From: Candidatus Fimimorpha excrementavium
GTDB taxonomy: Bacteria > Bacillota > Clostridia > Lachnospirales > Lachnospiraceae
DNA length: 64,000 bases
Direction of reading: 5' to 3'
NCBI GenBank assembly: GCA_018710785.1
Contig: DVJD01000089.1
Coordinates: 6,598 to 70,597, forward strand
Position 1 is the first letter of the stretch. The number at the start of each line of letters is the position of its first letter. The translations under genes were made by a program, and so were the position numbers. Positions 53,491 to 62,185 of the stretch are shown here, in pieces. The notes beneath the pieces were generated by a model, which worked only from the letters and a program-made list of their open reading frames with translations, made no database searches and had not been told where the DNA came from.

Positions 53491-53514
53491 ATTAATAGGA
53501 TTTATCCTATTAAT
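53491..53514. promoter_or_regulatory. Perfect palindrome ATTAATAGGAT-TT-ATCCTATTAAT (candidate LysR-type operator)
   Basis: 11-bp arms with a 2-nt centre, 35 nt upstream of the LysR start and within the LysR / V-ATPase divergent region. Confidence 0.45.
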
Positions 53515-53548
53515 AGGCAAAATTGTAGAAAGGAAAGGAAAAAATTCG

Positions 53549-54487
53549 ATGTTACTTCTACAGTTGAAGTATTTTTTGGCAGTCGCAAAATATGAACATA
53601 TCACAAAAGCAGCAGAACAGCTTCACATAGCCCAGCCATCTTTGTCCCAGTCCATGAGACGATTGGAGAAGGAGCTGGGTGTTTCTTTGTTTGAGCATAG
53701 AAGCAGAAATATCGTATTGAGTGAAGCGGGAAGGCAGCTGGTGGAGATCATAACACCAGTGATTGAAATCATGGACAGTCTGCCGGGGCGTCTAAAGGAG
53801 ACGCAGGAGCGCCATAAAAAGACGATTCATCTGAACATCCGGGCCGCCGCCAGCATCATTACAAATGGAATTATTTCATATAAAATGGAGCATCCGGATA
53901 TTAATTTTCAGGTATCACAGAAGGAAGACCCTTCCGGCTGCGATTTATGCATCACAAGCCAGATATCGCAGAAGAGGCATAAAAGCGAGCAGGAAAATGC
54001 CGCTTTTGGGGAAGGAAAAGAGGAACGGATTGTGAAAAAAATATTGGAAGAAACCTTTTATCTGGCCGTTCCAGCAAGCTCTGACTATGCCAGCCGACCC
54101 TATATTAATTTGGAAGAAACTGCCAAAGAAGGGTATATCGGCATGAATAATTCAAAACTGATCCGTGCGATCTGTGAACAATTCTGCATGGGCGCCGGGT
54201 TTTCTCCGCAGATTATTTTTGAAAGTGATGTGCCCACGGCGGTGGAAAATCTGATCGGAGCGGGCCTGGGAGTCGGATTTTGGCCGGAATATACCTGGGG
54301 ACCGGTCACAGCCTCCAATGTGGTGCTGGTGCCCATCAAACACCCGATCTGCCGAAGAGAGGTGCTGGTGACATTTTACAACCATTCAGAAGAAAATCCT
54401 TATGTAATGGATTTCTATAAATACATTGTATCCTGTGTAAAAAAGATGAAAAAGGGAGAACTGCCGTGGCAAACCGCTGAAGTATAG
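53549..54487 (+). CDS. LysR-family transcriptional regulator
   Basis: HTH LLQLKYFLAVAKYEHITKAAEQLHIAQPSLSQSMRRLEKELG. Start moved to ATG 53549. Confidence 0.9.
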   Translation: MLLLQLKYFLAVAKYEHITKAAEQLHIAQPSLSQSMRRLEKELGVSLFEHRSRNIVLSEAGRQLVEIITPVIEIMDSLPGRLKETQERHKKTIHLNIRAAASIITNGIISYKMEHPDINFQVSQKEDPSGCDLCITSQISQKRHKSEQENAAFGEGKEERIVKKILEETFYLAVPASSDYASRPYINLEETAKEGYIGMNNSKLIRAICEQFCMGAGFSPQIIFESDVPTAVENLIGAGLGVGFWPEYTWGPVTASNVVLVPIKHPICRREVLVTFYNHSEENPYVMDFYKYIVSCVKKMKKGELPWQTAEV

Positions 54488-54526
54488 AGGATTGCGGAAT
54501 AGATGAAATGGAAAGGGAGAGTGATT

Positions 54527-55897
54527 ATGCAGACACATCAGACCAATTTTGCATCGGGGAGTGTATACCGAAATATTCTGGAAGTCGCCGTCCCCATGAC
54601 GATTGCCCAGTGTCTGAATATGCTGTACAACGTGGTGGATCGAATTTACATAGGAAGGATTGAGGGGATCGGCTCCATGGCTTTGACCGGAGTGGGACTT
54701 TGCTTTCCTATCATTACGCTGATCACAGCGTTTACCAACCTGTTTGGAAACGGAGGAGGTCCGCTGTTTGCCATGGAGCGGGGAAAGGGAAATACCCGGG
54801 AAGCGGAAAACATCATGGGAAATGCGTTTACCATGCTGGTGGCCGTGGGGATCATTCTGATGGTGATCGGTTCCCTGTTTTATAAACCGATTCTCTATGC
54901 CTTCGGCGCCAGCGACGCTACATTTCCCTACGCGGAAGAATATATTCAGATTTATCTTTTGGGAACGGTCTTTGTGATGGTGTCCATTGGGATGAACCCT
55001 TTTATCAATGGACAGGGGTTTGGAAATACGGGGATGTTTACTGTTCTGATCGGCGCGCTGCTCAATATTGTGCTGGATCCCATTTTCATTTTTGTATTTC
55101 AGATGGGGGTCCGGGGCGCTGCGCTGGCGACGATTCTCTCTCAGTTTTTCTCCGCGCTCTGGGTGATGCGGTTTCTAACCGGGAAAAAGGCGGAACAGCA
55201 TTTAAAGAAAAGCTGTCTGAAAGTGGAATGGAGACGGGTACGCTCCATCATGGCCCTTGGGGTATCCGGCTTCATCATGGCATTTAACAACGGGCTTGTG
55301 CAGATTGCCTGCAATGTCACCCTGCAGGCATACGGCGGAGATATCTATATTGGGGTTATGACCGTACTGAATTCGGTCCGGGAGATCTTTACCATGCCGG
55401 TATCCGGGCTGACCAATGGAGCCTCCCCGGTTATGAGTTACAATTACGGCAGGAAATCCTATGATCAGGTGAAGAAAGCCATCGCCTTTGTGACGGCGAT
55501 CTGCGTGACCTTTACCCTGGCGGCTTGGGGGATTCTGCGTATTTGGCCGGAATTTTTCATCCGGCTGTTTGACGGAGACGGAGCGCTGATGGAAGCGGGG
55601 GTTCCGGCTCTGCATATTTATTTCTTTGGCTTCTGCTTTATGGCACTGCAGTTTACCGGCCAGTGTATTTTTGTGGCCCTTGGCAAGGCGAAAAAGGCCA
55701 CCTTTTTTTCCATTTTCCGTAAGGTGGTTATCGTCGTTCCGCTGACGCTTCTTTTGCCTATGATTCCGCAGCTGGGCGTGGACGGCGTATTCTGGGCAGA
55801 GCCCATCTCCAACGTGATCGGAGGCCTGGCATGCTTCATCACCATGATGGTGACCGTCATGCCGGAATTGAATGGTAAAAAGAAAAAGGAAAAGTAG
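54527..55897 (+). CDS. MATE-family efflux transporter
   Basis: 12-TM pattern. N-terminus SVYRNILEVAVPMTIAQCLNMLYNVVDRIYIG. Start moved to ATG 54527. Confidence 0.85.
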   Translation: MQTHQTNFASGSVYRNILEVAVPMTIAQCLNMLYNVVDRIYIGRIEGIGSMALTGVGLCFPIITLITAFTNLFGNGGGPLFAMERGKGNTREAENIMGNAFTMLVAVGIILMVIGSLFYKPILYAFGASDATFPYAEEYIQIYLLGTVFVMVSIGMNPFINGQGFGNTGMFTVLIGALLNIVLDPIFIFVFQMGVRGAALATILSQFFSALWVMRFLTGKKAEQHLKKSCLKVEWRRVRSIMALGVSGFIMAFNNGLVQIACNVTLQAYGGDIYIGVMTVLNSVREIFTMPVSGLTNGASPVMSYNYGRKSYDQVKKAIAFVTAICVTFTLAAWGILRIWPEFFIRLFDGDGALMEAGVPALHIYFFGFCFMALQFTGQCIFVALGKAKKATFFSIFRKVVIVVPLTLLLPMIPQLGVDGVFWAEPISNVIGGLACFITMMVTVMPELNGKKKKEK

Positions 55898-55999
55898 CGA
55901 ATGGGCAGAAAAGCGGTCTTTCCTTTTTCATACAAATAGTGTAGAATATAGGCAAAAGAAAGAGGGGCAGCAAACGCCTAGAAAGGCTTGGTATGAACG

Positions 56000-56674
56000 A
56001 TGAGATTAAGGAATATCCCGGGTGCGCGGGAAGCAATGCTGGAAAGTGAATTTGTGATTCAGAATCCGAAATCCCACCGTAATCAATGGAAGGAAGTTTT
56101 TGGGAATGATAATCCCATCCATTTGGAAATCGGCATGGGAAAAGGGAGGTTTATCACGACACTTGCACTGGAAAATCCGGATATCAACTATATCGGGATT
56201 GAGAAGTATTCCTCCGTCCTATTGCGGGCGCTGGAAAAAAGAGAGCAGATTGAAGTCTCCAATCTGTTTTTTATCCGCATGGATGCGGAAGAACTGACAG
56301 AGGTATTTGGATATCACGAGGTGGCGCGGATTTATCTTAACTTTTCTGATCCGTGGCCGAAGGAACGCCATGCGAAGCGCAGGCTGACATCCAAAGAATA
56401 TTTTGCAAGATACGATCAGATACTGAAAAGTGAAGGAACGGTGGAGTTTAAGACGGATAACCGGGATTTGTTTTTGTTTTCTTTGGAGAGTGTGGAGGAA
56501 TCGGGGTGGAATCTGGTTTTGTCCACAGCGGATCTGCACCATAGCATTTACTGTGCGGACAATGTTATGACAGAGTATGAAGAACGGTTTTCTTCTCAGG
56601 GAAATCCCATCTATAAGATGGTGGCAGATCGGCAGCCGGCGGCTTCGGTAAATACCGGGGAATCGGTGATATAA
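56000..56674 (+). CDS. trmB: tRNA (guanine46-N7)-methyltransferase
   Basis: LEIGMGKGRF, YIGIEK and FSDPWPKERHAKRRL motifs. Confidence 0.9.
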   Translation: MRLRNIPGAREAMLESEFVIQNPKSHRNQWKEVFGNDNPIHLEIGMGKGRFITTLALENPDINYIGIEKYSSVLLRALEKREQIEVSNLFFIRMDAEELTEVFGYHEVARIYLNFSDPWPKERHAKRRLTSKEYFARYDQILKSEGTVEFKTDNRDLFLFSLESVEESGWNLVLSTADLHHSIYCADNVMTEYEERFSSQGNPIYKMVADRQPAASVNTGESVI

Positions 56675-56775
56675 AGGATCGTAGGTTTCCTGTGGTCTGA
56701 GGGCAGCGGCTTACCGGATGACTTTTTTGCTTTGGTATCATAGTATGGTAAGAAAGAGAAGTGGGAGGAACGAAG

Positions 56776-56922
56776 ATGGCTGCCCGTTTTGGATGGAGGA
56801 AGAGTCTGGAACGACTGACCTATGATAAGAAACAGCTTCATAAGCATGCGCTGCGTATTAAAAAGTCCCTGGAGGAATTGAACCAGTATATGGACAGACA
56901 GCAGGGAAAGGATAAAAAGTAG
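56776..56922 (+). CDS. Candidate small basic protein (48 aa): MAARFGWRKSLERLTYDKKQLHKHALRIKKSLEELNQYMDRQQGKDKK
   Basis: ORF read by eye; it is below the track cutoff. RBS GGGAGGA 6 nt upstream. It stops 12 nt before the tadA start. Confidence 0.35.
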   Translation: MAARFGWRKSLERLTYDKKQLHKHALRIKKSLEELNQYMDRQQGKDKK

Positions 56923-56934
56923 AAGGAGAAAAAG

Positions 56935-57492
56935 ATGGCAAAGATAGCCGGTGAATCAGGCCGTGGGCTTCCAGCCAAAGGCCAATTTAAAGGCAATGTT
57001 GGACGCGTGATGATGAAACAGGAACATTTTATGAAAGAAGCCATCCGGCAGGCAAAAAAGGCATACGCCCTGGATGAGGTTCCCATCGGATGCGTGATCG
57101 TTCTGGACGATAAAATCATCGCCAGAGGATACAACCGGAGAAACACGGATAAGACGGCGCTGGCCCATGCAGAAATTGCGGCCATAAAAAAGGCGTGCCG
57201 TGCGGTGGGAGACTGGAGGCTGGAAGGATGTACCATGTATGTGACATTGGAACCCTGCCAGATGTGCGCCGGGGCTATCGTGCAGTCGCGTCTGACGGAA
57301 GTCGTCATCGGATGTATGAATCCGAAAGCCGGATGCGCAGGTTCCATTTTAAACCTGCTGGAAATGGATCGGTTTAACCATCAGGTGCAGGTGACAAGAG
57401 GCGTTCTGGAAGAAGAATGCTCCGTCATGTTATCCCAGTTTTTTAAAGACCTGCGGGAAAAGAAAAAGGAACAGAAAAAAAAGATGGAATAA
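56935..57492 (+). CDS. tadA: tRNA adenosine(34) deaminase
   Basis: HAEIAAI and PCQMCAGA zinc motifs. RBS GAAGGAG. Confidence 0.9.
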   Translation: MAKIAGESGRGLPAKGQFKGNVGRVMMKQEHFMKEAIRQAKKAYALDEVPIGCVIVLDDKIIARGYNRRNTDKTALAHAEIAAIKKACRAVGDWRLEGCTMYVTLEPCQMCAGAIVQSRLTEVVIGCMNPKAGCAGSILNLLEMDRFNHQVQVTRGVLEEECSVMLSQFFKDLREKKKEQKKKME

Positions 57493-57534
57493 TCATCACC
57501 CCCATCACATACAATGTGGTATGGGGGTGATTGC

Positions 57535-58629
57535 ATGTCCGAATATAAAAGATTCGTATCATATATTTATGCATATACAAAAGAAGGAAAAGGAAACAAT
57601 GCCGGGTTTGCAAAGGTGGAAATCCGAGCAGGAAAAAAGAGACTTTCCATCATGATGCGCGGCATTCAGGGAGTGCCTGTCATGCACGTATGCGGATTCA
57701 GCAGAAATGAGGAACGTCTGACATGTGTGCCGCTGGGACGGATGCTTCTTTCCGGCGGTTCGGGACAGTTCCAGTACGGCATGGATGGAGAATGGATTCC
57801 GGGCAGCCGCGTGCGGTTTGAAGAACTGGCCGGGATCGTTATCAGCGCACCGGATTCTTCGGGGGAAACCTATGCCACGGTGTGGGATGATGAACCCTTT
57901 CAGCTCTCCATGTTTGCGAAGGAGGAATCAGAAGAAAATGGCATCGGCGCAGACAGAGAACCGGAAGAGCATGCAGAAAAACCGTTGACGGAAAATTCCA
58001 TTGGAGATGAGAATCCGGCGGACAGTCAGGGAAAACAGGAAGAAGCGTCCGAAAAAGCAGAAAGCCCGTTCGCCTCCGAAATCATCCAAAGCGTGCAGAC
58101 GGAAGAACCGCATCCGGCGGATGCAGAGGAAGAACGCATATCTGCCGAACATGGGGAGGAAGGAGAAATTCTGCATTCCGCCCAGCTGGAGGAAGAGGGA
58201 AATCAGGAACAAACAGGAGAGGCATCCGAGTTCTGGAAAAAAATGTGTCGGATTTACCCCAAGATCACGCCGTTTTCCTATGAGAACCACATGGAATGTC
58301 TGAAGGTAAAACCGGGGGATATCGGCCGACTGCCCAGGCAGAACTGGATTTTTGGAAATAACAGTTTTCTGCTCCATGGGTATTTCAAATATCGCTATCT
58401 GATCTTTGGAAAAGTGCAGGAGGGGGATGCGGGAGGCTATCTGATCGGTGTGCCGGGTACATACAGCAGCAATGAGAAGTTTTTGGCCGGAATGTTTGGG
58501 TTTTATGATTTTAAACCGGTTCAGAAAGGGAATGCGGCGCCGGGGGCGTTTGGGTATTGGTGTACGCCGATGGAGGGGCCGAGGGAATCTTCTTTTTGTT
58601 GTAAAGCTCCTTCAGTTGTGATAAAATAG
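57535..58629 (+). CDS. Hypothetical protein (364 aa): conserved N- and C-terminal modules separated by an acidic low-complexity linker
   Basis: N-terminus YKRFVSYIYAYTKEGKGNNAGFAKVE. C-terminus ...GYLIGVPGTY...FGFYDFKP... (DUF6128-like from memory). Start moved to ATG 57535. Confidence 0.6.
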   Translation: MSEYKRFVSYIYAYTKEGKGNNAGFAKVEIRAGKKRLSIMMRGIQGVPVMHVCGFSRNEERLTCVPLGRMLLSGGSGQFQYGMDGEWIPGSRVRFEELAGIVISAPDSSGETYATVWDDEPFQLSMFAKEESEENGIGADREPEEHAEKPLTENSIGDENPADSQGKQEEASEKAESPFASEIIQSVQTEEPHPADAEEERISAEHGEEGEILHSAQLEEEGNQEQTGEASEFWKKMCRIYPKITPFSYENHMECLKVKPGDIGRLPRQNWIFGNNSFLLHGYFKYRYLIFGKVQEGDAGGYLIGVPGTYSSNEKFLAGMFGFYDFKPVQKGNAAPGAFGYWCTPMEGPRESSFCCKAPSVVIK

Positions 58630-58662
58630 ACTTAAAATTCAGAAGAAAGGCGGAAGAAGACG

Positions 58663-59022
58663 ATGAATAAGGAAGTTTTGGATTATGTTGTTGAGAAAAC
58701 GCACGGGCTTATGAATGCGGCATCCTGCTGTAAGGAGGCGAAGGAAGCGGCGCAGAGGTGGCTGGATGCTGTGGGGACGGACCGGGAAGCGGAGGAGACG
58801 AAGAAGTATATTGCGGAATTGGAAGCGGATATCGTCACGGTGGATGGTCTGATTCAGGTGGCAGAGTCTGAGATGGGCGTGAAGATTTTCGGAGCGGAGA
58901 AGGCAAAGGAAGTGGCGGCCCATGGAAGAGAAATCAAAGCGGCAGGCGCTGTTTACTGTGATTGCCCGGCCTGCCAGGCAGTGGAAGCGATTTTGAAAAA
59001 GAAAGATGAGATGCTTTCTTGA
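58663..59022 (+). CDS. Small Cys-containing hypothetical protein (119 aa)
   Basis: ORF followed by a strong terminator. CC...CDCPAC cysteines. No family recognised with confidence. Confidence 0.55.
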   Translation: MNKEVLDYVVEKTHGLMNAASCCKEAKEAAQRWLDAVGTDREAEETKKYIAELEADIVTVDGLIQVAESEMGVKIFGAEKAKEVAAHGREIKAAGAVYCDCPACQAVEAILKKKDEMLS

Positions 59023-59061
59023 TCATATTAGTTGGATCAAAGCAGGATCAGGAAATCAGTC

Positions 59062-59107
59062 GGAGGGAGCAGTTCAGGTTCGCGGAATCTGCGCCCCTCC
59101 TTTTTTC
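59062..59107 (+). terminator. Rho-independent terminator
   Basis: GGAGGGAGCAG ... CTGCGCCCCTCC, then TTTTTTC. Confidence 0.75.
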
Positions 59108-59161
59108 TTGCTATTTCCCTTCCGGATTGATACAATATAAAAAAACGGAAGGAGTGAGGGT

Positions 59162-59944
59162 ATGGAATATCCGATTATTGATACTCACGCCCATTATGAT
59201 GACGAGCAGTTTGATAAGGACCGGGAAAAGCTGCTGACGATTCTGCCGGAGGTCGGGATCGAACTGGTGGTAAATGTGGGCGCAAGCATAGAGAGCAGTA
59301 AGACGACGATTGGGCTGACGAAGACCTATCCCCATGTCTACGGGGCAGTCGGTGTACATCCCAGCAATACGGATGAATTGAATGAAGAAAATTTTCAGTG
59401 GCTGTCTCAGGCGGCCAGACAGGAAAAGATCGTGGCAGTGGGAGAGATCGGTCTGGATTACTATTATGATGAGCCGGAGCGGCAGATACAGAAGGAGTGG
59501 TTCGCGCGGCAGATTGAGCTGGCAGAACATGTGGGGCTTCCGATCATCATCCACAGCCGGGAGGCGGCCCAGGATACGTATGATATCATGAAGGCCAGTC
59601 ACTGCGAGGAGATCGGCGGGGTTATTCACTGTTTTTCCTACAGCGTGGATATGGCGAAGCGGTTTCTGGATATGGGATTTTATCTGGGACTGGGCGGTGT
59701 CGTGACATTTAAGAATGCCAGGACCGTGAAGGAAGTGGCGGCATATGCGCCCATGGACCGCATTGTGCTGGAGACGGATTGTCCGTATCTGGCGCCGGTG
59801 CCGTACCGGGGAAAACGAAACAGCTCCATGAATATTCCCTATGTGATTGAGGCGATTGCTCAGATTAAGGGCATCACAGAAGAAGAGGTGCGCCGGGCGG
59901 CCAATGAAAATGCAAGGAACTTGTACCGCCTGGAGTTAGAATAG
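59162..59944 (+). CDS. tatD: TatD-family metal-dependent hydrolase
   Basis: IDTHAHYD, EIGLDYYY, IIHSREA, IHCFS and ETDCPYLAP motifs. Confidence 0.9.
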   Translation: MEYPIIDTHAHYDDEQFDKDREKLLTILPEVGIELVVNVGASIESSKTTIGLTKTYPHVYGAVGVHPSNTDELNEENFQWLSQAARQEKIVAVGEIGLDYYYDEPERQIQKEWFARQIELAEHVGLPIIIHSREAAQDTYDIMKASHCEEIGGVIHCFSYSVDMAKRFLDMGFYLGLGGVVTFKNARTVKEVAAYAPMDRIVLETDCPYLAPVPYRGKRNSSMNIPYVIEAIAQIKGITEEEVRRAANENARNLYRLELE

Positions 59945-59968
59945 AAAAGAAAGAGGAATGAAACGTTT

Positions 59969-60901
59969 ATGGCAGATTTGGGAAATCCAAAGAATACGAT
60001 TGAGGTACTGAAAAAGTACCAGTTTAATTTTGCAAAAAAATTCGGACAGAACTTCCTGATAGATACCCATGTGCTGGAAAAGATCATACGGGCGGCAGAG
60101 ATTACAAAAGAGGATTATGTACTGGAGATCGGTCCGGGGATCGGCACCATGACCCAGTATCTGTGCGAGGCTGCGGGGGAGGTCATCGCCGTGGAGATAG
60201 ACAGCAATCTGATTCCCATTCTGCAGGATACGCTGTCAGCATATAACAATGTCACGGTGCTTCATCAGGATATTCTGAAGGTGGACATCAATCGTCTTGT
60301 GGAAGAGAAGTGCGGAGGGAAACCGATTAAAGTGGTGGCGAATCTGCCATATTATATTACGACACCGATTATCATGGGGCTGTTTGAAAGCCATGTGCCC
60401 ATCCAGAGCATCACAGTCATGGTGCAGAAAGAAGTGGCCGTGCGGATGCAGGTGGGACCGGGGACCAAGGATTACGGCGCCCTTTCGCTGGCGGTGCAGT
60501 ACTATGCAAAGCCGTACATTGTGGCCAATGTCCCGCCCAATTGTTTCATGCCCAGGCCCAATGTGGGAAGCGCGGTGATCCGTCTGACGCGCCATGAGAC
60601 GCCCCCGGTGTCGGTGAAGGATGAAAAACTGATGTTTTCTCTGGTGCGCGCCTCATTCAATCAGAGGAGGAAGACCCTGGTAAACGGATTGTCCAATTCC
60701 CCGGAGATTACGTTTTCCAAAGACGATATCTTGCGTGCTGTGGAACAGCTGGGTCTGGGCATGACAGTGCGGGGAGAGGCGCTGACGCTGGAGCAGTTTG
60801 CCCGGCTGAGTGATTTGTTCACAGAGATTGGGCAGGAAAAGCAGAAGAATGTGCAGCAGACGGGGGATACGGCGGCGCCAGGCAGCTGTCCGGCGGAATG
60901 A
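59969..60901 (+). CDS. rsmA: 16S rRNA (adenine1518/1519-N6)-dimethyltransferase
   Basis: KKFGQNFLID, VLEIGPGIGTMT and ANLPYYITTPI motifs. Confidence 0.9.
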   Translation: MADLGNPKNTIEVLKKYQFNFAKKFGQNFLIDTHVLEKIIRAAEITKEDYVLEIGPGIGTMTQYLCEAAGEVIAVEIDSNLIPILQDTLSAYNNVTVLHQDILKVDINRLVEEKCGGKPIKVVANLPYYITTPIIMGLFESHVPIQSITVMVQKEVAVRMQVGPGTKDYGALSLAVQYYAKPYIVANVPPNCFMPRPNVGSAVIRLTRHETPPVSVKDEKLMFSLVRASFNQRRKTLVNGLSNSPEITFSKDDILRAVEQLGLGMTVRGEALTLEQFARLSDLFTEIGQEKQKNVQQTGDTAAPGSCPAE

Positions 60902-60927
60902 AAGAATGGTAAAAAGTGAGGACGACA

Positions 60928-61719
60928 ATGAAACATACCGAATATGAACAGGAACTGATTCGCCGCAGAGCGATGATGAAGGGACACGGCGAAGGCGCGG
61001 ACAGTGAAGACTACCCTGCCAGCGATCAGGACAGCGGGCTTCCATCTCCGCCGCTGTTTCTTGCAAAGGGAGGGGAAAACATCATTCCCCTGCCGAAAAC
61101 ATTTGATGAAATCGTGAAAACCAGTGATGTGACGGCCATCATGGAAGGAAGGAAATCCAGGCGGCTGTTTGACCGGGAAGAAGGGCTGACCCTGGAAGAG
61201 CTGTCATACCTGCTGTGGATGACCCAGGGCGTCAAGGAAGTGGCCGGAAACGCGATCCGTGTCTCCGTAAGGACCGTGCCTTCGGCCGGTTCCAGACACG
61301 CGCTGGAAACGTACCTCTATATCAATCGGGTGGAGGGACTGCATCCGGGACTGTATCATTATCTGGCGGAAGAACATAAACTGGAATTTCTGAAATATGA
61401 GAAAGGACAGGCCCGGGAACTTTCCGCCGCATTTTTGGGACAGACGTATTTCTCCGGAAGCGCGGCGGCGTTCATCTGGACAGCGGTGCCGTATCGGATG
61501 GAGTGGAGATACCAGGAAAGGGCAGCCAAGTACATCCTTCTGGATGCCGGACATGTATGTCAGAATCTGTATCTGGCCGGGGAGGCCATCGGATGCAGTG
61601 TCTGCGCCGTCGGCGCCTATGAACAGGAGCTGGCCGATCGCTTTCTGGGACTGGATTCGAAAGAGGGGTATGATAAAGAAGAGGAATTTGTCATCTATGG
61701 CGCCTGCGTGGGCCGGTAG
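60928..61719 (+). CDS. SagB/ThcOx-type nitroreductase-fold dehydrogenase
   Basis: RKSRR, PSAGSRHALETY and YILLDAGHVCQNLYLAGEA blocks. Start moved to ATG 60928, 5 nt after GAGGA. Confidence 0.75.
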   Translation: MKHTEYEQELIRRRAMMKGHGEGADSEDYPASDQDSGLPSPPLFLAKGGENIIPLPKTFDEIVKTSDVTAIMEGRKSRRLFDREEGLTLEELSYLLWMTQGVKEVAGNAIRVSVRTVPSAGSRHALETYLYINRVEGLHPGLYHYLAEEHKLEFLKYEKGQARELSAAFLGQTYFSGSAAAFIWTAVPYRMEWRYQERAAKYILLDAGHVCQNLYLAGEAIGCSVCAVGAYEQELADRFLGLDSKEGYDKEEEFVIYGACVGR

Positions 61720-61856
61720 ATGAGAAACCGTGTGTCCTCTCCGCGGAAAAACAGCCTTGGAGGGGCACGCACCTTATGTCAGGGGTGGGGCGAATTTAGA
61801 CAAAATAAAAAGCACCAGCCCCGAAGCTCATACGTCTTCAAAACCGGTACCCTGCA

Positions 61857-61929
61857 TGCGCCTCCAGGGGCTCGAACCCTGGACACCCTGATTAAGAGTC
61901 AGGTGCTCTACCAACTGAGCTAGAAGCGC
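61857..61929 (-). tRNA. tRNA-Lys (anticodon CUU)
   Basis: Reverse complement is GCGCTTCTAGCTCAGTTGGTAGAGCACCTGACTCTTAATCAGGGTGTCCAGGGTTCGAGCCCCTGGAGGCGCA. It folds as a cloverleaf with anticodon loop CT-CTT-AA. CCA is not encoded. Confidence 0.9.
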
Positions 61930-61962
61930 AGACCATATAAAATTGTTGAACAAAATGTTCAA

Positions 61963-62035
61963 TGCGCCTCCAGGGGCTCGAACCCTGGACACCCTGATTA
62001 AGAGTCAGGTGCTCTACCAGCTGAGCTAGAAGCGC
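61963..62035 (-). tRNA. tRNA-Lys (anticodon CUU), second copy
   Basis: Identical to the first copy except one D-loop base (CAGCTGAGC versus CAACTGAGC on the plus strand). Confidence 0.9.
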
Positions 62036-62059
62036 ATTCCTCTTCACGAGACAAGCGTT

Positions 62060-62088
62060 ATTATATACCATTCGTTTTTAAAAGTCAA
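62060..62088 (-). promoter_or_regulatory. Promoter of the tRNA-Lys pair
   Basis: On the minus strand, TTGACT (62083-62088), 17-nt spacer, TATAAT (62060-62065). Confidence 0.6.
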
Positions 62089-62185
62089 CCCTTTTTTAAA
62101 AATAAAATTACCCGTAACCGCTCTGCCATGAGAGGTTCGGGTGCGGGCGGGACGGTTACTTTATTTAGAACCGAGGTGATAGGTA

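Noticed and set aside
55878-55929. A/T-rich hairpin (GAAAAAGGAAAAG ... CTTTCCTTTTTC) at the MATE gene end, considered as a terminator and as another GCGAATG-module element.
   Set aside because: The stem is almost entirely A:T with a bulge, and half of it lies inside the coding sequence. The GCGAATG in its loop may be chance. The evidence is too weak to call.
60928-61719. Thiazole/oxazole-modified peptide (TOMM) biosynthetic cluster around the SagB-like gene.
   Set aside because: No cyclodehydratase, docking protein, precursor peptide or exporter is adjacent. The neighbours are housekeeping genes and tRNAs.
61720-61923. 67-aa ORF downstream of the SagB-like gene.
   Set aside because: Its 3' part is the reverse complement of tRNA-Lys, and it has no RBS. 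It is spurious.
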